Below, piece after piece: positions 37,601-49,123 of a stretch of DNA of 64,000 nt. The first letter of the stretch is position 1. Every line of letters starts with the position of its first letter. Both the position numbers and the translations under genes were made by a program. Location: assembly GCA_977030845.1 (NCBI GenBank), contig OZ365115.1, positions 2,728,001 to 2,792,000 of the forward strand. The letters run 5' to 3'. The notes below the pieces were generated by a model. It worked only from the letters and a program-made list of their open reading frames with translations. It did no database searches and had not been told where the DNA came from. This DNA is from Fimbriosthenelais zetlandica (lineage: Eukaryota).

Positions 37601-40600
37601 TGTTGGAAAATACCATTTGTACGGCACAAATACTGTTATTGTACAGAATTTTATAATTAAAAAGAAATATGAAGTTAGGTTTTACAACAGTCTATAGTCA
37701 ACTTGTGCAGATGTTGGATATCAGCACCATGAGTTCCTATGACAGAAATTACTATGATCGTGGTTGACAGTATACAAAACACATGCTGTCAAACTGTCAA
37801 CTAAGTTTCCATCCCTAGACTTCAAAGTATCAATAATCGGGCTCCAATCACTGATTATATTTGAATTTAAAGCCAACGACAAGTCACATAGAGTCTGAGC
37901 TGCCATATACATAATCCTGTGAGATTCTATATAGGCAGCTGGCTGGCCAAAGATATCTCATTCCATTTAATTTGATAATAGAAGATTGATTGACTTGATT
38001 GCCAATTAGAAAAAGCATATACATTGACAGAGCCTCGGGGTATCAAGGTATAGAGAGGGATGGATGGAGGTAGCCTCCACTTGGCCTTCTGAGATATTAA
38101 TGAAAGATGAAGGATTTATGCCCCACAGAACTGCTAACTCTGGTCTCTTATAAGCTTTGTTGTGTAGTTGTGGCCGTATCTAATTAATTCATATCTACTA
38201 TACTGCAAGAAGTTAACTTATGACACATACAACTATTCGACTTGATAGCCCCACTGGACATGACTATCTTATGATATACATGTCACATTATCAGCAGTTC
38301 TTGACAAACTTGCGACGGTCACAAACGTCAGCAGTAAGTGAGGAGTCTTGCACCACTGGTCGAGCTCGTTTAAGCCTCGCTCGTTTACTCATTGATACTG
38401 ATACATGGAGGTCGGTCATACCTGGCAAACCTCTCCTACATTCTCCTGCCCCGCAAGGAAAACAGAACCTGAGGGAAGCCCCTCGACCATTCTTCAGGTT
38501 TAATATTTTATCACATTGATGTCACCTTTGATATTCTGTTCTATATCATTTAGTGATTGGGTCCCATGAATAATAATTAAATGATTCAGATTGGTGATAA
38601 GATGTGTAAGGACATATATCCGATGCCAAAAAACAAGATTATATTTTGCTATAAGAGCATCATACCCAGTAATGGGATGCATGTACAATGTCACAAATTA
38701 TTCATCAGGCGGCGTATTTCACTTGAAAGTATGTCATAAGATATGGATATACTATACTATGGATCAATAGCACAGCTATATAAGTTGATAAACCCTTAAA
38801 GGGACAAACAGAAAGTTCGCTTACAACGGAAGCAATAATACAAAATGCTCAGCATCTTCACTTAAGACATCGATCTAGACATTTGTAATGATATAAATCA
38901 GTTTTGTAGCTGTATAAAGACCAATGTCCCGTTACCACCAGGGAATGATTTAATCCACGGGAGCTTATCCTAAGGCAGGCTGGATTAAGAGGTAATGAAG
39001 GCTATCACTCCAACCAACACCCTACTGTTACTAATCTCTCCACCCACCCCGGTGTTCCCTCACTCCTCCTGTAGAGATCTCACAGGGGAACGTTACACAT
39101 GTGGTCCATACAATTAATGAAACAAGTAAAAAATTAATGTGCCAGTCTCAGGAGGGTTGCCAGAATTTCACTGATGCAAAATTCACTTATTTCCCCTGAT
39201 TTTATTTTTTTCCCCAAAGCTTCCCCTGACTGGGAATAATGTGCAAAATGCTTTTCAGATTTGACCAGCCATTTGGCTTAGAGATCCATACCAAATATCG
39301 TTATGAAGGGTTTCTAACGGGATATGGTTTGTTATATATATTTCTTTTTCACGAGTAAAAGAATTTAACAACGAGGAAATATTCCATAGAGGATTGCGCT
39401 AATCTTAAACAGCTTTCATGGACAAAATCAGTACATATTAGACTTCCAAAGACCACACCTTATTCTTTTAATGTGTCTTTGAAAGAAAATATATCAAAAG
39501 ACACAATAAAAACATCAAAATCAGAACAAAGGGTTGAAAGGATACCTTTGAAGTTTACCACTTCTGAAGGTGTGAGAAGGTAAAAGAAGAGAAAAAACTG
39601 TCTCACGCCAAATTCCTTCAAAGCTCTCACTCCATGAAAAGTCAGTAAGATGAAATATTCATGGTGACAGAGCTGAGAGTATGGCCACAAAATGTCAGCC
39701 ATTGGAGAGAGACTGCCACAGCAATCCCCTCCACTCTAATGTCACTGCCATTGTAAGCTTTATCAACAAAAGGGAAAACACTATTTTCAGTCTTATGAAT
39801 ACTTAATATCTCTTTTGTTGAAAGGTCAAAAGTAGGGGAGGAAATGGACGCTGAAAGGGCCTCAGACACTGAGCTGAAAATGAGATTAGGCAATTTATAC
39901 CATTCCAAGGTCGGTTTCGGAAGACACTTACATGTCTGTATAAATGAAGTAAGACCTAGATCTGGATATTTAGAGATTTCAATTATCGGGGGAATAAAGT
40001 CTTTTGCCGAATTGTCAATTCACACATGTTGATTGGTAGGGTTAGAGTGGGACTAGAGTTAAAAGGCTAACTACATGGTGATCTGCACCTGAGGTAATTA
40101 CCTATCATAAAGTCAACTGCACTGATTCAACTACACATCACTGGCAAAACTACTGTACCCGAGAGAATTCTCATTAATCTTTTATTGGAGAATTGTAATA
40201 GGATTCATGTCAAGATGTACAGATTTCCCAATTATATTTTTCTCAGTGTAAAAGATGATTAATCATATTGTTCAGGGCATGGTCACTGAAATTGTTATAT
40301 GAAGAAAATAATAAGAATTGAAAGTCGAGAAGGGTCTGGCTACATGACATCGTCATTTTTTTTGGAGCCATTTTGAAAGTAGTTTCTGTGGAAGCCATAG
40401 GGGGCAGGAGTAGACACCTGGCAACGTGGGAGTTACTGGTAACTAAGACTGATGAATAAACTCAGACAAGCTATCATACTGAATCTACCTCCTGCCCATC
40501 ATGAGGTGAAAAAAAGGCTGGAACTTCACTCGAGTATACAGTCTTAAAGGTCCGCCTGCTTACTATCTGTCCAGTATTTGTTTTATTCGAAATTTTGACT

Positions 40601-43600
40601 TAAATTCCATTCACTGAACTGTATATCAAATACTATGACTATGGGAATGACCATTCAGCATTCACATAGTGAGGTGGTCACTTCAGTGAGTGATAACATT
40701 TGGATCTGTTCATTTAGTCGTGAGGTGGTTGAAGTGCAAAGTTCAACTGTTTAGAAAAATCTGCTGAATGCACAAGTGCACTTTATATATAGTTCTTCAC
40801 TGACTCCATTCAACCCTTTCATATAATCTCTTTTGTCCCCTTTTGTATAACACAAAGTATTAAATCACAACAAAGAAATGAAACAAATCTCTAATCCATA
40901 CAAAATATCAAAGCTCCCAAAAGAAACTATTATGAACAATAACCTTTGTTATACCAACAGGTACAAGAATATTAACTTCTTTTTGTCCTTTATCTATACA
41001 GAATACTGTAAGCATTTTTCTAATCTGTGGACGGCTTGATCTGGAGTTCGATCCTTGTCGTACTAAGTCCCTTTTCTGTTAAAGCATATCAGTGATATCA
41101 AATAGTTGAGTACACACCGACTTTGCTTCTTATATTTTCTTTGCCTTTTTCTGTTGGGGTCATTCCAGTAAACCCAAAAATGTCAAAATATCTTTAAACT
41201 ATAGTTCCTTTAAGGCAGTCATAGAAAATGTATTTGATTTTCTATTAAGTGTCTGTACCAAATCGATTTGAAATTGTCAATTCATCAATTTCTATGGCAT
41301 TCCAGTAGAATGGCATATTGTACTATTCAGGAGAAACCCAGGGAGCTATGGATGTGGAAATACCCCAGAAAATAATCCATGAAGATATGTGAAATACCGA
41401 TTGGTGGTATACAAATATAGCATGGCCGGATAATGCACTAGAAGTTACAGAAACAGATATATACACCCGAAAACACGAGTGAACAAACAATAGAACATAG
41501 CTTTACAGCCTGAAGTTACAGAACATACAGTGAAGGGTACAGCATTCACAACATCTGAGATGTTAAAAATGTCCTGTCCTATACCAGAAGTAAGAAAAAC
41601 AAACAGTCTTGTTTTGTGTACAAATACTCGTCGGATAGCGACCAGTCACTGAAGCTGTCCGTACCTCAGTGAAAGTCTCACCCCTGGGACTTGCACTCGA
41701 AGATCTTTTTTTTCTGGATTTTTTCTTGTGGAAATTTATTTTGAATAATATCCAAACCTCCATGAAAGTTTGAAATATAACGAGTGCAATTGAACCAAAA
41801 ATAGATATGAATTGTTATGCCAGGTCAGCTGAAACTGAACCAAGACATTTGCAGATTTCAGTATTAGCGACTTAAGCATCTTGAGCTCAGGACCCTCCCC
41901 ATGGCTCTCAATGTTGCTGCCAAACTAATTAAATCCTGAAAGAATTCATCATCTACAGACTTAAGTCTTGATGCACTGGTCCATTGATGGCCAAATCACT
42001 GATCATAAGCCCAAGTGTTCTTACAAACCCATTGGTGTTGACAGCTTTCTTCACTAGGAATGAGGGCGAACTACGCAACCCCAAAGCTGTTGAGCAAGGC
42101 CAATACAATGCCGACCATTGGCATTCACGAAGAGGATTTCTTTACATGTGAAAAAGGGAGATCAGAGTGGTATCCTAAGTCATCTCCCTCCTTCAATTTT
42201 ATCACCAGCTATGGAAAACTTAATCTAAAACGTTCTTAGTCTAGATGATTCATTATTAATCCATTCAGCCTTTTTTGAATTAAATACTTCAATGGCCATG
42301 TTCTCACTGAAAGTGTCAGGAGAAGAACGAGCTTAAAAACAGCTCTATCTTGGCCATTTAGTATAACGATGTCTGTCATCTCAATGTATGTGCTCTTTCT
42401 TAACACATCTTTCTTTAACTCAAAGCAATATTCAATGCTTGCTTAAGAAACTAATCAAGAACCCCGCAGGATAGACTCATATGGTCCAAATCTGGATTGA
42501 TATCTGCAGCCTAGTATAAGTTACAGAGGTAGGCTTTGATGCAGTCTCATGTATCCCACCAAATACACTGTACGATATTGGATAATTCAGCGGATACTTG
42601 AGTTAACGAGTGGCACGAAAGGAATACTTTCAGTGACATTCTGAACATTGTGGGAGATTCCAATCAGAAGAACTGATGGATTTTGCCATTAAACCAAAGG
42701 AAGCCCATCATGCACTTAGATGATTTGGGGCTGTCGAAGCTTTAAGAAATGCAAAATGAATCAGTTATGGTTATGCTCAGTTTCGACGAACCCTCAATGG
42801 GCAAAATTGGGTACAGGAAGTGGCGATTTGACACTTCCGGTATAGGACCACAGTCAGACTTGCAGACCATATCGCCACTAACATCACTACTAAAGCTCAG
42901 CCACAATCACAATTCCAGCCAGTATGAGACCAATGTTGGTGTAGTGTAAGGGCAATGAGTTGCTCTCTACTGCTCATTTAATCTCAGACGTCTATCGGCT
43001 GGCCATGAAGCACCTTATCACGTCTGCTTCCATCCATCCATTCATCCATTATCAACACGAACACTTAAAGCCGATTATAACAGCTTCAATCTCTCCTCAT
43101 ACCGGATTCAAGTCTAAAATTGATAAGAATTCACTTTGATGCTTCCCTATGAATCCTTCAATCACTTCCTCTCCATTCTCTCTGTATCTACCCGTTCATA
43201 TCATCTCTCAGTCCTCTTCCTCTCTTTCACTTTTCCTCTTCTCTTCTCTCTTTCGTTCTCCCTCTCTACCTCTTTCCTCTTCCTTATCTATGTGCTTAGC
43301 ACTTCACATCTCTCTTCCTCTTTTCTCTTCCTAATCTCTCTTCCTATCTGTACTTCTCATCTCTTTTCCTCTCTCACCCTGTCTTCTTTCTCCCTCGACT
43401 CATCCCCCATCCTTTCTCCCTCGCTGCACCTTCCTCTCACCCTTCCCTCCTTTCCACTCTCTCCCTCTTTTCCCCTCTTTCTTGCAGAATTTACACACAT
43501 TTGTTATATGAACTATCTTCCAAATGTTGTTTCTATGTCCATACGTATAGTGGGTCGAGGCTATTACTGAATCAAATCTGTAATAAATCACCCAAAAAAG

Positions 43601-44586
43601 AATGTACCCAGATGTAGGGAGCTGTAGTTAGGGTGAGGACACTCACCTTGTAAACAGAGAACGTCCTCCACTGGGTATTTAGAAGCGTCTCCCTGGAGAA
43701 CACAGATGACGTCACGACGTCGTATCCCGGACCCGCAGGCCTTGGGACTGTCATCGTTTGGTATAGCGCACTCTGCCCAGTCCCCGAGGCTCCAGATGTA
43801 TCTAGAAAAGATGCAAACATCATATATCAGACAGGAGTCGATCAGACAGATCATATATCAGACAGGAGTCGATCAGACAGTTTAAAAAGTCGATCATTGA
43901 GGACAGTACAAGTGAAATCCTGAGCCAGAATTCCCGGAAAAGCAATCCCAGCTGAGTACTCCTAATATTTCTTATTAATAATTTATTTAAACCATGCGCG
44001 TTTACTGGATTTCTTTTGGCAATCAGTAATTGATGGGAAACCCAATCCACAAAAACGCCATATCGGATATTAATTAAGGGAACTTCTCAGTTAAATTGTC
44101 CCGGCAGGTTTATTCCTTGACAGAGAATTACAATTTATAGTCTTTAGTTTTCTCTCTATCTCTTTCCCATATGATTATGCTACATTTTTCTCAACATATC
44201 TTGAATTATTAAACCCCTAATAGCCAACATCGATAGACTACTTAATTGTAACTTTATTGAAAAAAAATATTTTGGTCATATGACTGACGTAGTTCATTGG
44301 CAAATAGTCCCGTAGGGTAAAATAGATTCAAATAATTAATAATAATTGTACCTTGGACAGTAGGGTAGACCTGTATCTCTACACTCTCTGGTCTCCTTCA
44401 GGTGGGGACATCCTAGTCCGCCATCTTTACCTGGATGTCTCACAGACCTCGTCCTCACTTGGTAACCAAGGTATCGGTTGTTCTCATCAGGCCGGCAGGT
44501 GGCAGAGCACGGTCCCCATGACGACCAATGAGTGACGCGGCAGTCACATGGTGGGTCACATGGTTCTGCTTCCACTGGTTCCAACT
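9712..44586 (-). CDS. THSD7A/B-like: Thrombospondin type-1 domain-containing protein 7A/7B-like type I membrane protein; 5'-partial, 24 exons, 4934 nt, >=1643 aa
   Basis: 24 GT-AG exons join in one frame with every phase matching. Alternating CxxxxWSxWxxCSxxCG..RxR and WxxxxWxxC..CGxGxxxRxVxC TSP1 modules; LEVSGGC..RVC..C..CTCMLGFT juxtamembrane module as in THSD7A; then a TM helix, RRKKK and a long tail. The first exon found matches the THSD7A region near residue ~350 (from memory). Confidence 0.9.
10991..12439. mobile_element. Non-autonomous hAT-like TIR element in the last intron
   Basis: 14-bp TIR caggcccgtaacta / tagttacgggcctg; TSD-like tacttagc (10984-10991) and gacttagc (12440-12447); internal direct repeat 11175-11302 / 11470-11582 with poly-G. 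Confidence 0.65.
12481..12754 (-). CDS. THSD7-like exon w, juxtamembrane tail (RRKKKAPPMDTY...NLDTK)
   Basis: Acceptor ttcgttttcag gives a basic stop-transfer cluster. The donor ag|GTTCGT at 12480 is inferred from its phase 0 match to the last exon. Confidence 0.72.
12971..13109 (-). CDS. THSD7-like exon v, transmembrane (LVLYIIIGSICALVILALICTICFI)
   Basis: Acceptor ttttgtgtttcag; donor ag|GTAAAT; ~25-residue hydrophobic run; phase 1 to 2. Confidence 0.9.
13315..13440 (-). CDS. THSD7-like exon u, EGF-like module 2 (DGEVCLPQYGCEDNSHC...YCDVLNKECLCAGGLLPDE)
   Basis: Acceptor ttgatgtag; donor ag|GTTAGT; phase 1 to 1. Confidence 0.85.
13571..13727. repeat. Dispersed imperfectly palindromic repeat (MITE-like), copy 1
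   Basis: Shares ttttgcttgcga.actact..gacaaag...caatagtgt.gca.gtaa with 45373-45486. Confidence 0.45.
13824..13952 (-). CDS. THSD7-like exon t, EGF-like module 1 (HLEVSGGC...CGQYARCTDGTCTCMLGFT)
   Basis: Acceptor ttattatag; donor ag|GTATGT; phase 1 to 1. Confidence 0.88.
14208..14445 (-). CDS. THSD7-like exon s (VSTWSRYGPCFKDC...FYWQSGEW...VHCMAH)
   Basis: Acceptor aatttgtag; donor GTGAGT; phase 0 to 1. Confidence 0.9.
14580..14683 (-). CDS. THSD7-like exon r (DPIQSLSDLDPYIRKELDLEDEEICGQPCPGDCV)
   Basis: Acceptor tattttcag; donor GTAGGT; phase 1 to 0. Confidence 0.85.
14844..16009 (+). mobile_element. 5'-truncated non-LTR retrotransposon (CR1/L2-group-like ORF2 C-terminus, 3' UTR, poly-A)
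   Basis: ORF 14871-15359 with LYKTFLLPLIDY, LQRLQNRALRI and WNSLP..LR..FKSRLKAYL; AATAAA at 15973-15978; A20 at 15990-16009; 7-bp TSD atgaact at 14837-14843 and 16009-16015. Confidence 0.85.
16019..16187 (-). CDS. THSD7-like exon q (NTTCHTTPCYAYSWERGRWGEC...NCFNP)
   Basis: Acceptor gtttttattag; donor GTGAGT; phase 0 to 1. Confidence 0.9.
16701..16875 (-). CDS. THSD7-like exon p (EEECESPCPVDCEVSKFTPWSHCSAECG...QLVQ)
   Basis: Acceptor tttttatttttag; donor GTGAGC; phase 2 to 0. Confidence 0.9.
17224..17314 (-). CDS. THSD7-like exon o (VRKRSFNCVREDGVVVDMEYCKDFPNTEP)
   Basis: Acceptor ttttatatttcag; donor ag|GTAGAA; phase 1 to 2. Confidence 0.88.
17791..18015 (-). CDS. THSD7-like exon n (DCEVSGWSEWTKC...DWTSC...KCGQ)
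   Basis: Acceptor tgtgttgtag; donor GTGAGC; phase 1 to 1. Confidence 0.9.
18025..18305. repeat. Tandem duplication filling a short intron (two ~120-155 bp copies)
   Basis: caatagtt..aaacactaattccattgaag..ctgcactagcaggggcttcct occurs at ~18025-18180 and ~18184-18305. Confidence 0.7.
18336..18489 (-). CDS. THSD7-like exon m (WGECRPFYDIICGRGEMKRAVTC...CDLPCL)
   Basis: Acceptor cattttcag; donor GTAAGT; phase 0 to 1. Confidence 0.9.
18948..19075 (-). CDS. THSD7-like exon l (VQSRRRDV...CPHLVENRTC...WKAAP)
   Basis: Acceptor ttttctccgccag; donor GTAAGA; phase 1 to 0. Confidence 0.9.
20095..20298 (-). CDS. THSD7-like exon k (ELLHCGHGIRRRHVIC...WSDWDSCSAVCGQ)
   Basis: Acceptor gtccttccag; donor GTGATT; phase 1 to 1. 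Confidence 0.9.
20689..20838 (-). CDS. THSD7-like exon j (PGLTAEVQCPHL...CPVYSWVIGDWGSC...DAQ)
   Basis: Acceptor tatttttcag; donor ag|GTACTA; phase 1 to 1; not in the ORF track. Confidence 0.88.
21171..21341 (-). CDS. THSD7-like exon i (ICYEQAP...WSRWSSCPQTCG...YITKL)
   Basis: Acceptor ctttacag; donor GTCAGT; phase 1 to 1. Confidence 0.9.
21663..21827 (-). CDS. THSD7-like exon h (VILQKKRC...WSACLMVATCGYG...PVRD)
   Basis: Acceptor tttatttcag; donor GTGGGT; phase 1 to 1. Confidence 0.88.
22136..22222 (+). repeat. (GGGGCA/GGGGTCA)n G-rich tract, G-quadruplex-prone
   Basis: More than ten G4-5 runs. Confidence 0.8.
22361..29276. repeat. Intronic tandem array of a 321-bp unit, ~21.5 copies
   Basis: The anchor ggga(t/c)aattgcc recurs at ~22603, 22924, 23245 ... 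29020 with 321-bp spacing (one 318-bp unit), then a shortened last unit at ~29249. Confidence 0.97.
29992..30213 (-). CDS. THSD7-like exon g (YHVNETLC...WSLWSGCSHSCG...CPPQADQH)
   Basis: Acceptor gattgcag; donor GTGAGT; phase 1 to 1. Confidence 0.9.
31773..31967 (-). CDS. THSD7-like exon f (NDTAPPC...WSPC...CGNGTGIQTRSVHCEMDP)
   Basis: Acceptor ttgttttcag; donor GTTAGT; phase 1 to 1. Confidence 0.9.
32941..33120. repeat. (CATC)n-derived microsatellite
   Basis: Degenerate ccat/catc repeats. Confidence 0.75.
33878..34144 (-). CDS. THSD7-like exon e (QWTRCFL...CGSGSQVRNVYC...WSPWGTCSVTCG...RYIL)
   Basis: Acceptor ttcacag; donor GTAAGT; phase 1 to 1. Confidence 0.92.
35917..36020 (-). CDS. THSD7-like exon d (QKPILMPPTREGAECGDRFETKSCEEVACHWWHI)
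   Basis: Acceptor tttttttactattgcag; donor GTTAGT; phase 2 to 1. Confidence 0.88.
37333..37483 (-). CDS. THSD7-like exon c (LSSRGN...DCPSDCQLGEWQNWSACTHSCGTGGVRV)
   Basis: Acceptor gttgcag; donor GTGAGC; phase 1 to 2. Confidence 0.9.
43150..43490. repeat. Polypyrimidine/polypurine low-complexity tract
   Basis: CT-rich on plus; similar tracts at ~760-890, 56830-57070 and 59020-59300. Confidence 0.8.
43647..43801 (-). CDS. THSD7-like exon b (YIWSLGDWAEC...CGSGIRRRDVIC...LCLQ)
   Basis: Acceptor cttttctag; donor GTGAGT; phase 2 to 1. Confidence 0.9.
44352..44586 (-). CDS. THSD7-like exon a (ELEPVEAEPCDPPCDCRVTHWSSWGPCSATC...YCP)
   Basis: Acceptor ttttttgttgtag; donor ag|GTACAA; phase 1 to 2; TSP1. 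Confidence 0.9.
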
Positions 44587-45372
44587 CTACAACAAAAAAC
44601 ACAAGAAATTCCATTAAAAGAGCTTTACAAGGAAGAAGAATAATGAAAAGTTAAAATTTTAATCCAAAGTGGACCCCATTAGGATAATCAACAGCTAAGA
44701 GAATGCGTTCACAATCTTGTGGGTCAAAAACGTCTCGAATGTTTTAAAATGAAACGCAGAAATCAAATTACATTATTTCAAGTAGAGAAGTAAAAACATC
44801 CATTAGTCACGCGAGGCACTTTAATTTTAAACATCCGTGACTTTATCCTTTCTTCCTTAGAGGCAAAATTTAAGTGGAATTGTTTTAATCCAATTTACGT
44901 AATCTAATGAGAATTAACTTTAAACGATTTCTCCCCCGATCTACCATATATATAAGTGTAAAGACCATGGCGTGGCATTACATTTTGTATGACATAATAA
45001 TTATATTCACAATCCCGTACTATTTAGGAATATCACTGTCACAAGCTATTATTCAAAGACACAGGTGCCCATTTTTGTATCAGAAAAACCCATCTGTAGG
45101 CACCATTGACTCATAGAAGAAGTAATGTCCCCAAATGTGTCTCTGTAGTTGAGGTAGCGAGGTAAATCCCCTGGCCATTGACCTGGTCACGTTCAGTCGT
45201 GTTACGTTTAGACAGAACAAAACAGGTCAATTATCAGCAGATAGAGACTGGCGGGACTCAGTATTGTTACAGTCTTAAACCAGCCGGGTTCTCTAATGCA
45301 GGACACACACCAATCAGATACCTGTAACCATGCGTATTTCCCCTATAGGAAACATTCAAGCCCGGACCCCAC

Positions 45373-45486
45373 TGCTACGATTTTGCTTGCGATACTACTG
45401 CGACAAAGTGTTGCTTGTGACCCAATGAAAAATCTGTCTGACTTTGGACTTACATCGCAATAGTGTTGCAAGTAATATTCCAGCAG
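45373..45486. repeat. Dispersed imperfectly palindromic repeat (MITE-like), copy 2
   Basis: Similar to 13571-13727; arms ttgcttgcgatacta / tagtgttgcaagtaa. Confidence 0.45.
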
Positions 45487-48236
45487 TTCCATGCGATATT
45501 CGCAAGTTTCCTAGCCTTAATTTGGTCAATACATCCTCATATAATTACATTTTTCTTAATAATCATGTAAATATGAAAGGGTATAGATTTAAAACTGATG
45601 TCCATACGGTTGTGAAATACCAGCATAGATGCCCAGTTTTATAATTCTCAAGATGTAAAAATCTAGTCTGAAATCTAAGCAGAATCGAGTTTCCTTGGAG
45701 ATAACAAAGCCACATTATGTTCATTTCACCGAATATAGGAGTCATTTAGGTGGCACCCAAGTGGGTTTCTGACAGCTCAATGAAAAAGAAAATCAGAGGG
45801 GCTTGAAAAGGCCATACTTTCTTTTATTATCGCCCACAAAAGGAGCTGTGACAATGGCTTCACACCGGATTATGTATACACAAAGGTCGGGTCGCCATAA
45901 CAACACCATGTGTCGGTCACGTGGTGTTAACCCCCTCTGTTTTTACCACCAGGAGTCTCCCTTTATTTCCTGAGGGCAATGACAGGCGATGGCCTTCATA
46001 TAAAGCGCTTTTGATGGCACCTTTTTCACCCAAACTTCCATGAATTTCCCCATGACTTTCAGCTCACAATCCACTGTGTTTTAGACTTATTTTTCCCTCA
46101 CTTTTCCTCGTGCAGCCATGCAAACCCCGCCACTCCCGGGTGGAACTTTCAGTCCGCTTAATTGCAGACCTATTCACAAATATCGTGCAGAGACCTTTAC
46201 TGCTTCTTATGCAAGAAACTGAAGGAAACTTAAAAGAGAAAGGAATCTTTTATGGTGGGGAGTTCTGCTCACAGTTGGAAATGTCAGGGTAAGGTTAACC
46301 CATACAAAGGAGGGGAGAGCTCGGGGTGGCTGGAGTTCCAAAATCAAAGCCAGAATCACAGACAGATCTAGTGAAGAATGGGTTCAAAGACTCCATCCAA
46401 CAAGAACAAACTAGTGGGAATTTGTTAGTCCTTCAATGTGGAAACAATGAACTTCAACTAACATTACCGCCACATGTGCCACATTTTCTCTCTTATAAAA
46501 ACCACTTTTGGTCAGTTTTGATTAAAGGTAGTCGCTTTAGGAGAAGAACCCTGTATCAATCTTTGTATTCAGTGTATAGTCCACATACAGAGTTGGTCAT
46601 TGCAATGACAGCCTACACAGGAGATCAGCTGCTTCATGACTGGCGGAAATATTAACCAATCACAGGCCGAGTTGCCCTTTACTGCAGATCAGAGATCAGG
46701 TGCATCATGGTGGTCAGGAATATTAGCCAATCACAGGGGGAATTAGTAGTTACTGCCGACCACGCCATTCACTGCGGCACTGATGACATTGTAGGTGCGT
46801 TGCACCTGATTCTAGCAGATAGTTTTTGTAATATTAATTTTATTTTTAAGAGTAGTTTTTACATCATTGGGACAACCCACATTTTATTTCATGATTTTCA
46901 GCTGGTGCTGGTGCTTTCTCTGTTCATGACTTGTAGGTAGCCCCTGAATGAGCTGGCACTCTAAACAACCTTGTCTTAATTATTTCTTTTAGATGATCAC
47001 TTTTTATATTCTTGGTCCAAATTTGAAACATTTTCACTCGACATTCATCGCAATATCTTCGGAATAAATACAAAGTCTACTTTGACATTATTCTCTGTGA
47101 TCTTTTTAAACAAATATATACTCCCATCTGTTTCCGTTTGAACAAGTTATGACCACAACCATTCAATCACCCATCTGTCCCAGAATAATGTGACAAAATA
47201 TTGTGGAAAAGTTTTTTTTATATTGGCCACATTTATCCTGTAAATAAAGATATAGATCCAGTCTGCATAGAGAAATGATCACTTGTGTCGCCAGTCCTCA
47301 GACTCCTAATAAAAATACACAAAAATGTGTTGATAGAAGTAGAGGGGATTTTCCCAGAGATATTCCCTTACAACCTGCCTACAGTAAGATGCCTCTATTT
47401 GTCTAACATTGAGCAATGCAAGGGTAACAAATGAAAACACATGGAAGACATGTATGACAATATGATATGATCTCTCCCTTTGTTACCAAAATCATGATTC
47501 GTGGCTCGATTCTGAAGATGCAGGCAAAGAACGAAGATGGGACAAAAGTGTGTGTTTCTCTTCTCTTCTCTGAACTTTGGAATTAAATACAAAGATGATT
47601 TTATGTTTCAGCATTCATGACATTTACATATAGGTGGGATATGATCAATAGGATCTGACATACGTAAAGGTCGGACAAATTCCAATGATAAAGCCCTGTA
47701 TTAATTTGATACATTTGTACTAAAGCGATAACAACTTAAAGGTCTTAAAGCTAGCATTTTGCCAGAATTTTACAAGATTTTCCCAGATCGAATACACAAC
47801 ATATATAATGCTTTTTCATGGCAATCATTGTTTTTTGTCTGAACTTGAGTTAAACGAAACCTTAGGAAAACAGATCCAAGATCTACCCCTGAGAATCTCC
47901 CAATCCCTTTAGCATTCGTCCAAATGGGGGAAGATTCAATCTAAGGAGCAGAGGAGGGAGTTGGGATACAGTTATCGTGTTATGAAAGACACACAATCAG
48001 TGAGATTGAATTCCATGAGATTTAGTCTTGTACAAGCATGGTTTTTACAGTCTGTGAGACCACATAATCTGAGATTCACTGTCCTTTATTAACACTAACC
48101 CCTCTATTCCCACCCTCTATACACATGTCATAAAAACATAATCAATCTGTTGTGAATATTTGATCCCTTTCATAAAATTTCTGTATGAAATTAATTTTCT
48201 CATTATGTATTCATGACTATTCGAATTTCATTTTGT

Positions 48237-48560
48237 ACTCATTTATGTGAGCTACTGTATAGTGAAGGGTTTACTCATTTATGTGAGCTACTGTATAGTG
48301 AAGGGTTTACTCATTTCTGTGAGCTACTGTATAGTGAAGGGTGTACTCATTTCTGTGAGCTACTGTATAGTGAAGGGTGTACTCATTTCTGTGAGCTACT
48401 GTATAGTGAAGGGTTCACTCACTTATCTGGGCTACAGTATAATGAGCTCACATTGAAAGATTAACACTTATATATGAGCTACTACATAGTGAAAGTTGTA
48501 ACCAAGTATATGAGCTACTCTGTAGTCAAGAGTGTCACTTACTTAAGAGTGTAAAGCTAT
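48237..48560. repeat. 36-bp minisatellite (about 6 good copies plus diverged ones)
   Basis: actcatt(t/c)(a/c)tgtgagctactgtatagtgaaggg at 48237, 48273, 48309, 48345, 48381, 48417... Confidence 0.9.
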
Positions 48561-48579
48561 GCGAGTTACTATGCGAGTT

Positions 48580-49123
48580 ACCATGCTTACCAGAAAATTC
48601 TACATGTGTTCCACTCCAATCAAAGTGACTCTGTTTCGCACCCATTGCTCCTCCCTATATACATCACAGCTGTGGTGGAACCATAGTAAAGGCGCAATTA
48701 GGAAACTGTATGTGGCATATAACAATGCATTTAGAATGTTATTGAAACTACCACGGGACTGTAGTGCCAGTGGTATGTTTGCAACTAACAATGTCCCATC
48801 CTGCCAAGCTGTAATAAGGAAACTCATTTACAGCTTCACTAACAGACTAAATACCTCATGCAATGGCTATGTACAGTCTGTGCTTGAGTCCGATCTGAAA
48901 TGGCACTCAAGACTCAGAGTCCACTGGCTAAAACTCTTGTTTGTGGCTTATAATGGACGCCAAACCACTTAGCCACTCATATTTATTTTTATTTTTCTAT
49001 TGTCTAATTTCTCTGTACTATGACTGTGATTTCTATGTATTAACTACTATGTACCGGATATGGACCGATGTATGATTGTACTTTCTACAGATGTGTCTGA
49101 AATAAAGATATAATAATAATAAA
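48580..49123 (+). mobile_element. 5'-truncated non-LTR retrotransposon 3' end with (TAA)n tail
   Basis: RKF..CS..IK..LF..C..LY...LW.....KL.VAYNNAFR.L...P...SAS.MF, an ORF2 C-terminal pattern; AATAAA at 49101 then taataataataaa. Confidence 0.75.

Noticed and set aside
43136-43591. Hydrophobic-looking ORFs here and at 709-942, 56803-57027 and 58902-59358
   Set aside because: Translations of CT/GA low-complexity tracts.
48213-48464. ORF with THLCELLYSEGF repeats
   Set aside because: Translation of a 36-bp minisatellite; no splice or homology support.
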